From Octopus sinensis (taxonomy: Eukaryota): 64,000 bases of DNA. This document shows, one piece after another, positions 51,883 through 64,000 of this stretch. A model generated the notes under the pieces. The model had not been told where the DNA came from. It searched no databases and saw only the letters and a program-made list of their open reading frames with translations. The stretch lies in NCBI RefSeq assembly GCF_006345805.1, contig NC_043008.1:38936001-39000000 (forward strand), written 5' to 3'. Position 1 is the stretch's first letter. Each line of letters opens with the position of its first letter. A program made the translations under genes and the position numbers.

Positions 51883-52257
51883 GGAGGCGCAATGGTCCAG
51901 TGGTTAGGGCAGCGGACTCGCGGTCATAGGATCGCGGTTTCGATTCTCAGACCGGGCGTTGTGAGTGTTTATTGAGCGAAAACACCTAAAGCTCCACGAG
52001 GCTCCGGCAGGGGATGGTGGTGATCCCTGCTGTACTCTTTCATCACAACTTTCTCTCTCTTACTTCCTGTTTCTGTTGTACCTGTATTTCAAAGGGCCGG
52101 CCATGTCACTCTCTGTGTCACGCTGAATATCCCCGAGAACTACATTAAGGGTACACGTGTCTGTAGAGTGCTCAGCCACTTACACGTTAATTTCACGAGC
52201 AGGCTGTTCCGTTGATTCGGATCAACCGGAACCCTCGTCGTCGTAACCGACAGACGG
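51883..52257 (+). mobile_element. SINE family B inserted in the first array unit
   Basis: Full-length family-B sequence. Confidence 0.85.
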
Positions 52258-52308
52258 CTTCCACATGTTTATATGTATGAACATATGCACACACACATAT
52301 ATATATAT

Positions 52309-52722
52309 ATGGTAAAGTAAAAAATTTGCTTTACCACACACCGAGCTTTTTAGAAATAGCAGCCAAAAATTTGGCTATTTCTTCAACTGCAAGAAAAAAG
52401 TCTCCCAGACAATGCATACTCAGAAATAACTCACATAGGTATAAGGGGAAAACAACGAAAGATCACATCCATATAAGATACCCGAGGACAGCCTGTTTCT
52501 GGATTCGTGGGTTAAACGCCAACATTTCCTTCATCAGCTAAGAAATAGCCAAATTTTTGGCTGCGATTTCTAAAAAGCTCGGTCTGTGGTAAAGTAAATT
52601 TTTTTACTTTACCATATTTTTATAAATTAATACTTCAAATATACCGTAAATGGTCTTTACATACCGAACACTGCTCGGTCGAATTGATTAATAATTAATT
52701 AATTCTACCCTTTTTTATTGGC
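52309..52722 (-). mobile_element. PLE-like fragment with about 75-bp inverted arms
   Basis: Arms 52309-52383 and 52540-52615; hammerhead relic between them; (TA)n on both sides. Confidence 0.6.
52482..52542 (-). ncRNA. Degenerate type I hammerhead motif
   Basis: CUUAG-CUGAUGA-A-GGA...UCC-(A)-GAAAC-AGGCU-GUC-CUCGG; extra A before G12 and a stem I mismatch. Confidence 0.55.
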
Positions 52723-52769
<47 letters not shown>

Positions 52770-52866
52770 AATATTATACCGATCATACGTATCTATCTAT
52801 CTATCAATAAGTGTTTGAGCATATATGCTTATATACATAGAAATATGCTTATATATATATGTGGGC

Positions 52867-52897
<31 letters not shown>

Positions 52898-52985
52898 TGT
52901 ATGTATGTATGTATGTATATATGTATGTATGTATGTATGTGTATGTATGTATGTATGTATGTATGTATGTATATATGTATGTATG

Positions 52986-53019
<34 letters not shown>

Positions 53020-53042
53020 TGTATATGTATGTATGTATGTAT

Positions 53043-53552
53043 AAGCCTAACTAAGAATATGAGAGCCCAATTGTTTTGGGGCAATTATTTTGCTAAAGAA
53101 ATCACTCAGAATTTACAGGAACACGGAGAAGATGAGGTACTCCTGGATAAAGATGACCATTTAGATACATCTCTTATTAGTACATCAGTTTCATCATTCG
53201 ATGAACTTATGAGCAAGAGTGTTTCCAAATTTTCAGAACCACCAGCAAAATCACAATTATTTACGTGAAAGGGCTAGACTTGCATTGAGAAATACCACTG
53301 TCAATAACATAAATAGTAAGTTAGTGTTTCGTATTTCAGGAAATATACAGGTATGTAAAGCCATATATATATCTTTAGATTTAGTTCCAGATCCTGCAGA
53401 GGCTGTCAAATATTTCGTTGAATTCTTAAATTCTTTTGAACATTCTGCGCTTCCACTATTCTGGCTTCGGTTGGTGTTTAACAATTTAATGCTTCATATT
53501 ATTGAGTCTACAATTTAGACCGGTTGTTCGATGGGAGATGTTTCTATATCCC
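53043..53552 (+). pseudogene. Helitron PIF1-family helicase remnant (array copy 1; repeated in each unit)
   Basis: SLTKNMRAQLF...SSFDELMSKVFPN...NYLRERARLALRNTTVNNIN...DPAEAVKYFVEFLNSFEHSALP...IIESTI*TGCSMGDV, compared with the Helitron pattern L..NMR..EELI..VFP...WL.ERAILAP.N..V..IN...EAV.YP.EFLNSL...LP...IEATI.TG. Confidence 0.85.
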
Positions 53553-54075
53553 TATCTTTCACCCTTTCTCTCTCTCTCCCTCTCCCTTCCTTCCCTCTAT
53601 TTCTTTCTCTTTTACTCTCTCCCTCTAAAACAGGGGACTCATTTTCTCTCTCTCTTACTCTCTCTCTAACACAGACTCGTTTTCACTCTCTCTACCTTCT
53701 ATCTCTCTCTCTCCCTCTCTACTATCTCCCTCTCTATCTTCTCTCTCTCTCTCTCTCTCCCTCCCTCTCTCTCACGCACACATATACACACGCTCACTCA
53801 CTCACTCACAGTTACTTCACAAACGAAGTTCAAACTGGAATTATCCGGAAACAACCGAATTTTCCTTTCTTCCAGTTTTAGCAGACGTTAACTTTCTAAG
53901 CTAAGCTATCGTCTGCCAATTGATTTGAGTCATATCTCTTGGTTCCTGCACTCTCAACGAAGGAGACGTTTCATGTCAGCATTGAAGGTAAAGTTCCTTA
54001 TTAACTTCATTAAAAAATACTCATTACATCTATATAAAACTGAAATTAGCCAGTCATCTATCAGAATTATTATTG

Positions 54076-54121
<46 letters not shown>

Positions 54122-54181
54122 ATAAGTGTTTGAGCATATATGCTTATATGCATAGAAATATGCTTATGTATATATGTGGGC

Positions 54182-54212
<31 letters not shown>

Positions 54213-54297
54213 TGTATTATGTATGTATGTATGTATGTATGTATGCATGTCTGTATGTATGTGTGTATGTGTGTATGTATGTATGTATGCATGTTTG

Positions 54298-54330
<33 letters not shown>

Positions 54331-55662
54331 AAGCCTAACTAAGAATATGAGAGCCCAATTGTTTTGGGGCAAATACCTTGCTAAAGAAATCACTCAGAAT
54401 TTACAGGAAGACGGAGAAGATAAGGTACTCCTTGATAAAGATGACCATTTAGATACATCTCTTATTAGTACATCAGTTTCATCATTCGATGAACTTATTA
54501 GCAAGAGTGTTTCCAAATTTTCAGCACCACCAGCAAAGTCACAAGTATTTACGTGAAAGGGCTAGACTTGCATTGAGAAATACCACTGTCAATAACATAA
54601 ATAGTAAGTCAGTGTATCGTATTTCAGGAAATATACAGGTATGTAAAACCATATATATCTATAGATTTAGTTCCAGATCCTGCAGAGGCTGTCAAATATT
54701 TCGTTGAATTCTTAAATTCTTTTGAATATTCTGCGCTTCCACTATTCTAGCGTCGGTTGGTGTTTAACAATTTAATGCTTCATATTATTGAGGCTACAAT
54801 TTAGACCGGTTGTTCGATGGGAGATGTTTTTATATCCCTATCTTTCACCCTTTCTCTCTCTCTCTCTCCCTCTCCCTTCCTTCTCTCTCTCTCTTTCTCT
54901 TTTACTCTCTCTCTCTCTATAACACAGGGTCTTTTTTTCTCTATCTATCTTTCTCTCTCTCTCTTCTCTCTCTATCACTTCTATCTCCCTCTCTCTCTCT
55001 TCTATCTCTCTCGTCTCTCTCTCAATCACTTCTATCTCCCTGTCTTCTTTCTCTCTCTTCCCTCTCTCTCACGCACACATATACACACGCTCACTCACTC
55101 ACTCACAGTTACTTCACAAACGAAGTTCAAACCGGAATTATCCGGAAACAACCGAATTTTCGTTCCTTCCAGTTTTAGCAGACGATAACTTTCTAAGCTA
55201 AGCTATCGTCTGCCAATTGATTTGAGTCATATCAGTTGGTTCCTGCACTCTCAACGAAGGAGACGTCTCATGTCAGCATTGAAGGTAAAGTTCCTTATTA
55301 ACTTCATTAAAAAATATTCATTGCATCTTTATAAAACTGTAATTAGCCAGTCATCTATAATAAAGTAAGAAAAGACTTCATTCTAAAGAGGAAGCTGGTA
55401 TTGTTCAATCCCTTATCAGTCTTTGGTGTTGATATTTGGAGATGAGAATTTTTGTTCTGTTCGCGAAGACATCTAGTTTGAAGTGAATGTAGAATATCTT
55501 ATTAAATTCGTTGAAAAATGTGAAAGAAAATTGAATTGTTTCTTAAAAAGTGTCTATCAGGTCACTCCTGCACTTCTCTACATTTCTTCTCTCCTTATGT
55601 CTAGCTTACATTCACATGCATACACGCGTGTGTACAGTTATGCTATATACACAGACACACAG

Positions 55663-55735
<73 letters not shown>

Positions 55736-56174
55736 ACATTTCTAAATATCTCAAAGAGATATAAGTAGTGGTGGTACGATAGAGCAGTTGTATACTGTCA
55801 ACGTGACAGTCCCATGAAGTTGACAGTATACAACTGCTCTATATATGTGTGTGTGTGTGTGTGTGTGTTTATAGGTATGAACATATGCGCACACACATCT
55901 ATGTCTATATATAACTGTCATACTTATCTATGTATCTATTTATTTATCTATCTATCTATCTATCTATCTATAAGTGTTTGCGCATATATGCTTATATGCA
56001 TATAAATATGCTTATGTATATATGTGTGCATATGTATGTACGTATGTATGTATGTATGTATGTACGTACGTATGTATGTATGTATGTATGTGTGTGTATG
56101 TGCATATGTATGTATGTATGTATGTATGTATATATGTATGTATGTATGTGTGCATATGTATGTATGCATGTTTG

Positions 56175-56208
<34 letters not shown>

Positions 56209-56876
56209 TAAGCCTAACTAAGAATATGAGAGCCCAATTGTTTTGGGGTAATTATTTTGCTAAAGAAATCACTCAGAATTTACAGGAACACGGAGAAGAT
56301 AAGGTACTCCTTGATAAAGATGACCATTTAGATACATCTCTTATTAGTACATCAGTTTCATCATTCAATGAACTTATGACCAAGATCACAAGTACTTACT
56401 TGAAAGGGTTAGACTTGCATTGAGAAATACCACTGTCAATAACATAAATAGTAAGTTAATGTATCGTATTTCAGGAAATTTACAGGTATGTAAAACCATA
56501 TATATCTATAGATTTAGTTCCAGATCCTGCAGAGGCTGTCAAATATTGCGTTGAATTCTTAAACATTCTTGAACATTCAGCGCCTCCACTATTCTAGCTT
56601 CGGTTGGTGTTTAACAATTTAATGCTTCATATTATTGAGGCTACAATTTAGACCGGTTGTTCGATGGGAGATGTTTTTATATCCCTATCTTTCACTCTTT
56701 CTCTCTCTCTCCCTCTCCCTTCCTTCTCTCTCTCTCTCTCCCTCTCCCTTCCTTCTCTCTCTCTCTCTCTCTTTTACTCTCTCTCTATAACACAGGGTCT
56801 TTTTTTCTCTATCTATCATCTCTTTTTCTCTTCTCTCTCTATCACCTCTATCTCCGTCTCTCTCTCTTCTATCTCT

Positions 56877-56920
<44 letters not shown>

Positions 56921-56923
<3 letters not shown>

Positions 56924-58015
56924 TCGGTCCTGTTATTCTTTGCTCCGCAGTGAAAGATTGTTTTTGTGCTGAAAAGTTTGAAAATTTGCTGTTTTGGTCG
57001 TCGAGGCCACTTCTTTTCTGCTGTTGCAGCAGAGTTTTGCTGTTCTTTCCCCCTTGTTTCAAGGGGGAAGTGACGAAAAGACATGAATTTGCAACCAGTC
57101 TCCTCCGAGTCGGAGGAAAACGTTGAAAATTTGTTTGAAGGCATGAAGGCGAAAATGCGGGAGGAGGAAGGTAGAAGTAAAGAGACGTCTCACGCGAGCG
57201 TTACAAAAGCAGACGACAATATGTCTGGTGAAGCTTGTAAGCGACAAGAAAAGGCAAAAATAAATTTTGGGAGTGCAGCAACTCGCCCCTGTGAAAATAT
57301 AGTCATCAACAAGGAAGAATTAAAGAAATACCAAGGACTACTAAAAAAAGAAGGTGATAATGTGAAGTTGTTCCCACCCAGTGAATTGATTTACGCGACG
57401 GAGAGAAAAACTGTCATACACAAGACGTATAATGTCAAAAATAAGAAAATTGACTTCGTACAGAGAGAAGCCATTGAAAAATGTTTGAGGCCGATATGGC
57501 AACAAACTACATTTATAACAAGGGGTAGTCGCTTCGGCACGGCAGAGGTGCGTTTCCCTAGCGAAGAAATAGCTAGGGAACATTCAACAAGAACGCTGAA
57601 GTCAGAAGAGGGAGTTCTTTTACCATTTTATTTAGGAATGAGAACTAGCAGTATAACAGTCACGGACATTCCGCCCGAAATAGATGTGGACTTTATAACA
57701 GCAGCGATTCTCTTAGGCAAAGAGGAAGAAATTGCCATTCTTCAGTCTAAAAGATATCGCCCCACAACCTGGTATGGACAGGACTTAGAGCTTGTGATCC
57801 AAGCGAACCCCTCGGACTTGGAAAAATTGCCAAGCTCCCTCGCCATTGGAGATAATACCACCATGATGGTAATAGTCGAGGGAAGAAAACCGAGGTGCTG
57901 TAAATGTGGCGAGAAAGGCCACAAAAGGTCGAGCTGCAAGAAGACAGCCAAAGAAAATACTGCAGAGGCAAGCACGACGCCGAAAACAACTTCACCGCTA
58001 GAAATAGCAGCAAAT
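56921..58015 (+). mobile_element. 5' end of a Tx1-clade element (5'UTR plus ORF1 57083-58015, family B), 3'-truncated
   Basis: ORF1 with RRM-like regions and gag zinc knuckle CCKCGEKGHKRSSC (CX2CX4HX4C); begins directly after a pure (TC)n run in the array unit. Confidence 0.88.
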
Positions 58016-58182
58016 TATTTCTTAAAAAGTGTCTATCAGGTCACTCCTGCACTTCTCTATATTTCTTCTCTCCTTATGTCTAGCTTACATTCACATGCAT
58101 ACACGCGTGTGTACAGTTATACTATACACATACACACACACACACACACACATGTAGATATATATATATATATATATATAAT

Positions 58183-58224
<42 letters not shown>

Positions 58225-58757
58225 TATTACATTTCTAAATATCTCAGAGAGATATAAGCAGTGGTGGTACGATAGAGCAGTTGTATACTGTCAACGTGAC
58301 AGTCCCATGAAGTTGACAGTATACAACTGCTCTATATATGTGTGTGTGTGTGTGGGTGTGTGTTTATATGTATGAACAACATATGCATACACACATCTAT
58401 GTCTATATATAACTATCATACGTATCTATCTATCTATATATATATATATCTTTCTATCTATCTATCAATAAGTGTTTGAGCATATATGCTTATACGCATA
58501 GAAATATGCTTATGCATATATGTGGGCGTATGTGTGTATGTATGTATGTATGTATAAGCCTAACTATGAATTTGAGAGCCCAATTAATTGTTCTGTGGTA
58601 ATTATTTTGCTAAAGAAATCACTCAGAATTTACAGGAACACGGAGAAGATAAGGTACTCCTTTATAAGGTACTCTCTTACTCTCTCTCTAACACAGACTC
58701 TTTTTCAATCTCTCTATCTTCTATCACTCTCCCTCCCTCTCTTCTATCTCCCTCTAT

Positions 58758-58805
<48 letters not shown>

Positions 58806-59603
58806 TCTCTCACGCACACATATACACACGTTCACTCACTCACTCACAGTTGTTTCACAAACGAAGTTCAAACCGGAATTATCTGGAATTAACCGAATTT
58901 TCCGTTCTTCCAGTTTTAGCAGACGTTAACTTTCTAAGCTAAGCTATCGTCTGCCAATTGATTTGAGTCATATCAGTTGGTTTCTGCACTCTCAACGAAG
59001 GAGACGTCTCATGTCAGCATTGAAGGTAAAGTTCCCTATTAACTTCATTGAAAAATACTCATTACATCTATATAAAACTCTAATTAGCCAGTCATCTATA
59101 ATAAAGTAAGAAAAGACACCATTCTAAAGAGGGAACTGGTATTGTTCAATCGCTTATCAGTCTTTGGTGTTGATATTTGGAGATGAGAATTTCTGTTCTG
59201 TTCACGAAGACATCTAGTTTGAAGTGAATGTAGAATATCTTATTAAATTCGTTGAAAAATGTGAAAGAAAATTAATTTATTTCTTAAAAGGTGTCTATAA
59301 GGTCACTCCTGCACTTCTCTATATTTCTTCTCTCCTTATGTCTAGCTTACATTCACATGCATACACACGTGTGTACAGTTATGCTATACACACACACATG
59401 CACGCACACACAACCCCCCACACACACAGACACACACAACACACACACACATATATATATATATATAATATATATATAGAAATATTACATTTCTAAATAT
59501 CTCAAAGAGATATAAGCAGTGGTGATACGATAGAGCAGTTGTATACTGTCAACGTGAGAGTCCGAAGTTGACGGTATACCACTGCTCTATATATGTGTGT
59601 GGT

Positions 59604-59922
59604 GAGGGCGCGTGGCTTAGTGGTTAGGGCATTCGGCTCATGATCGTAAGGTTGTGAGTTCGATTCCCGGCGACGCGTTGTGTCCTTGAGCAAGACACTT
59701 TATTTCACGTTGCTCCAGTCCACTCAGCTGGCAAAAATGAGTTGTACTTGTATTTCAAAGGGTCAGCCTTGTCACTCTCTGTGTCACGCTGATTATCCCC
59801 GAGAACTACGTTAAGGGTACATGTGTCTGTGGAATGCTCAGCCATTTGCACGTTAATTTCACGAGCAAGCTGTTCCGTTGATCGTATCAGCTGGGACCCT
59901 CGTCGTCGTAACCGGCGGAGTC
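59604..59922 (+). mobile_element. Chimeric SINE (family-A head plus family-B tail), copy 1
   Basis: Head and CORE-like box as at 1462; 3' half as family B. Confidence 0.8.
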
Positions 59923-60045
59923 TTTAAGAGAAAGGATATGTGTGTGTGTGTGTGGGTGTGTGTGTGTTTATATGTATGAACATATACACACACATATCTA
60001 TGTCTATATATAACTATCATACGTATCTATCTATCTATCTATCTA

Positions 60046-60084
<39 letters not shown>

Positions 60085-60223
60085 ATATATATATATATAG
60101 AAATATTACATTTCTAAATATCTCAAAGAGATATAAGCAGTGGTGATACGATAGAGCAGTTGTATACTGTCAACGTGAGAGTCCGAAGTTGACGGTATAC
60201 CACTGCTCTATATATGTGTGTGT

Positions 60224-60540
60224 GAGGGCGCGTGGCTTAGTGGTTAGGGCATTCGGCTCATGATCGTAAGGTGTGAGTTCGATTCCCGGCGACGCGTTGT
60301 GTCCTTGAGCAAGACACTTTATTTCACGTTGCTCCAGTCCACTCAGCTGGCAAAAATGAGTTGTACTTGTATTTCAAAGGGTCAGCCTGTCACTCTCTGT
60401 GTCACGCTGATTATCCCCGAGAACTACGTTAAGGGTACATGTGTCTGTGGAATGCTCAGCCATTTGCACGTTAATTTCACGAGCAAGCTGTTCCGTTGAT
60501 CGTATCAGCTGGGACCCTCGTCGTCGTAACCGGCGGAGTC
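60224..60540 (+). mobile_element. Chimeric SINE, copy 2 (local tandem duplication of about 620 bp)
   Basis: Near-identical to 59604-59922 including flanks. Confidence 0.8.
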
Positions 60541-60660
60541 TTTAAGAGAAAGGATATGTGTGTGGTGTGTGGGTGTGTGTGTGTTTATATGTATGAACAT
60601 ATACACACAATATCTATGTCTATATATAACTATCATACGTATCTATCTTCTATCTATCTA

Positions 60661-60707
<47 letters not shown>

Positions 60708-61580
60708 TCTTTCTATCTATCTATCAATAAGTTGTTGAGCATATATGCTTATACGCATAGAAATATGCTTATGCATATATGTGGGCATATGTATGTATGT
60801 ATGCATGTATGTATGTATGTATGTATGTATGTATTATGTATGTATGTATGTATGTATGTATGTATGTATGTATGTATGTATGTGTAAGCCTAACTAAGAA
60901 TATGAGAGCCAATTGTTTTGGGGCAAATACCTTGCTAAAGAAATCACTCAGAATTACAGGAAGACGGAGAAGATAAGGTACTCCTTGATAAAGATGACCA
61001 TTTAGATACATCTCTTATTAGTACATCAGTTTCATCATTCGATGAACTTATGAGCAAGAGTGTTTCCAAATTTTCAGAACACCAGCAAAATCACAATTAT
61101 TACGTGAAAGGGCTAGACTTGCATTGAGAAATACCACTGTCAATAACATATATAGTAAGTTAGCGTATCGTATTTCAGGAAATATACAGGTATGTAAAAC
61201 CATATATATCTATAGATTTAGTTCCAGATCCTGCAGAGGCTGTCAAATATTTCGTTGAATTCTTAAATTCTTTTGAATATTCTGCGCCTCCACTATTCTA
61301 GCTTCGGTTGGTGTTTAACAATTTAACGGTTCATATTATTGAGGCTACAATTTAGACCGGTTGTTCGATGGGAGATGTTTTTATATCCCTATCTTTCACC
61401 ATTTCTCTCTCTCTCTCTCCCTCTCCCTTCCATCTCTCTCTCTTTCTCTTTTACTCTCTCTCTCTCTCACACAGGGACTCTTTTTCTCTCTCTTCTCACT
61501 TACTCTCTCTCTAACACAGACACTTTTTCAATCTCTCTATCTTCTATCACTCTCCCTCCCTCTCTTCTATCTCCCTCTAT

Positions 61581-61630
<50 letters not shown>

Positions 61631-62211
61631 CTCTCACGCACACACGTATACACACGTTCACTCACTCACTCACAGTTGTTTCACAAACGAAGTTCAAACC
61701 GGAATTATCTGGAATTAACCGAATTTTCCGTTCTTCCAGTTTTAGCAGACGTTAACTTTCTAAGCTAAGCTATCGTCTGCCAATTGATTTGAGTCATATC
61801 AGTTGGTTCCTGCACTCTCAACGAAGGAGACGTTTCATGTCAGCATTGAAGGTAAAGTTCCCTATTAACTTCATTGAAAAATACTCATTACATCTATATA
61901 AAACTGTAATTAGCCAGTCATCTATCATAAAGTAAGAAAAGACTTCATTCTAAAGAGGAAACTGGTATTGTCAATCGCTTATCAGTCTTTGGTGTTGATA
62001 TTTGGAGATGAGAATTTCTGTTCTGTTCACGAAGACATCTAGTTTGAAGTGAATGTAGAATATCTTATTAAATTCGTTGAAAAATGTGAAAGAAAAAATA
62101 ATTTATTTTCTAAAAGGTGTCTATCAGGTCACTCCTGCACCTTCTCTATATTTCTTCTCTCCTTATGTCTAGCTTACATTCACATGCATACACGCGTGTG
62201 TACAGTTATGC

Positions 62212-62248
<37 letters not shown>

Positions 62249-63931
62249 TTCTATATATGTGTGTGCGTGTGTGTGTGTGTGTGTGTGTTTATATGTATGA
62301 ACAACATATGCACACACACATCTATGTCTATATATAACTATCATACGTATATTATCTATCTATCTTTCTATCTATCTATCTATCTATCTATCTATATATA
62401 TATATAATAATATATATATCTTTCTATCTATCTATCAATAAGTGTTTGAGCATATATGCTTATACGCATAGAAATATGCTTATGCATATATGTGGGCATA
62501 TGTATGTATGTATGCATGTATGTATGTATGTATGTATGTATGTATGTATGTATGTATGTATGTATGTATGTATGTATGTATGTATGTATGTATGTGTAAG
62601 CCTAACTAAGAATATGAGAGCCAATTGTTTTGGGGCAAATACCTTGCTAAAGAAATCACTCAGAATTTACAGGAAGACGGAGAAGATAAGGTACTCCTTG
62701 ATAAAGATGACCATTTAGATACATCTCTTATTAGTAACATCATTTCATCATTCGATGAACTTATGAGCATAGTGTTTCCAAATTTTCAGAACCACCAGCA
62801 AAATCACAAGTATTTACGTGAAAGGGCTAGACTTGCATTGAGAAATACCACTGTCAATAACATATATAGTAAGTTAGTGTATCGTATTTCAGGAAATATA
62901 CAGGTATGTAAAACCATATATATCTATAGATTTAGTTCCAGATCCTGCAGAGGCTGTCAAATATTTCGTGAATTCTTAAATTCTTTTGAACATTCTGCGC
63001 CTCCACTATTCTAGCTTCGGTTGGTTTTAACCATTTAACGGTTCATATTATTGAGGCTACAATTTAGACCGTTGTTCGATGGAGATGTTTTTATATCCCT
63101 ATCTTTCACCATTTCTCTCTCTCTTCTCTCCCCTCTCTCCCTTCCATCTCTCTCTCTTTCTCTTTTACTCTCTCTCTCTCTCACACAGGGACTCTTTTTC
63201 TCTCTCTTCTCACTTACTCTCTCTCTAACACAGACACTTTTTCAATCTCTCTATCTTCTATCACTCTCCACTCTCCCTCCTCTCTTCTATCTCCCTCTAT
63301 CTCTCGCTCTCTCTCTCTCTCCTCTCTCCTCTCTCCTCTCTCTCTTTCCCTCCCTCTCTCTCTCACGCACCCACGTATACACACGTTCACTCACTCACTC
63401 ACAGTTGTTTCACAAACGAAGTTCAAACCGGATTATCTGGAATTAACCGAATTTTCCGTTCTTCCAGTTTAGAGCAACGTTAACTTTCTAAGCTAAGCTA
63501 TCGTCTGCCAATTGATTTGAGTCATATCAGTTGGTTTCCTGCACTCCTCAACGAAGGAGACGTTTCATGTCAGCATTGAAGGTAAAGTTCCCTATTAACT
63601 TCATTAAAAAATACTCATTACATCTATATAAAACTGTATTAGCCAGTCATCTATCATAATGTAAGAAAAACTTCATTCTAAAGAGGAACTGGTATTGTTC
63701 AATCGCTATCATCTTTGGTGTTGATATTTGGAGATGAGAATTTCTGTTCTGTTCACGAAGACATCTAGTTTGAAGTGAATGTAGAATATCTTATTAAATT
63801 CGTTGAAAAATGTGAAGAAAATAATTTATTTCTTAAAAAAGGGGTCTATCAGTCACTCCTGCACTTCTCTATATTTCTTCTTCTCTTATGTCTAGCTTAC
63901 ATTCACATGCATACACGCTGTGTAGTTATGC

Positions 63932-63970
<39 letters not shown>

Positions 63971-64000
63971 TTCTATATATGTGTGGGCGTGTGTGTGTGT

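Larger units (their letters stand above)
51724..64000 (+). repeat. Tandem array (macrosatellite), unit about 1.7-1.9 kb without insertions, at least 6 copies, runs off the window end
   Basis: Helicase-derived segment starts at 53043, 54331, 56210, 58556 (partial), 60886 and 62598; conserved unique blocks separated by variable (TATG)n, (TC)n, (CA)n and (TA)n. Confidence 0.95.

Noticed and set aside
57083-58375. 430-aa ORF as an intact gene
   Set aside because: After about 58015 it reads through array sequence and microsatellites; it is a truncated Tx1 ORF1
51724-64000. CRISPR-like or regularly interspaced repeat array
   Set aside because: Units are kilobase-scale with conserved unique blocks and no unique spacers or cas genes; eukaryotic context
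60880-64000. Many 1-bp indels in the last array copies as real divergence
   Set aside because: They are mostly single-base losses in short runs, typical of unpolished long-read consensus, and may be sequencing error

Overview
Eukaryotic, AT-rich, microsatellite-saturated, apparently gene-free region. The repeat families (tRNA-derived SINEs, R4/Dong, RTE, Tx1 and CR1-type LINEs) look like a coleoid cephalopod, most likely Octopus; this is inferred from repeat content and not verified. I found no intact host gene, rRNA, functional tRNA or CRISPR array, and most ORFs in the track are translations of microsatellites. The window is a layered set of decayed mobile elements: (1) several Penelope-like element (PLE) relics carrying type I hammerhead ribozyme motifs of at least five unrelated sequence types, two with intact catalytic cores (12838-12937 and 34031-34091), some inside inverted-repeat structures in (TA)n tracts; (2) a Chapaev3-like transposon with 12-bp TIRs and TAA target duplication; (3) a non-autonomous Helitron, a Helentron-type element, and a tandem array of at least 12 kb (51.7 kb to the window end) whose ~1.7-1.9 kb unit contains a decayed Helitron PIF1-type helicase segment and a perfect 24-bp hairpin; (4) Tx1/L1-clade pieces abutting (TC)n or (TATC)n, with two divergent families sharing a co-varying two-hairpin structure before ORF1; (5) R4/Dong 3' ends embedded in (CATA)n or (TAA)n; (6) a young 5'-truncated RTE LINE, older RTE, CR1, mariner and Tigger relics, and about 20 SINEs, one family sharing its 3' stem-loop with the CR1-like LINE. 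Ribozyme activity and family names were assigned by eye and need computational or experimental confirmation.
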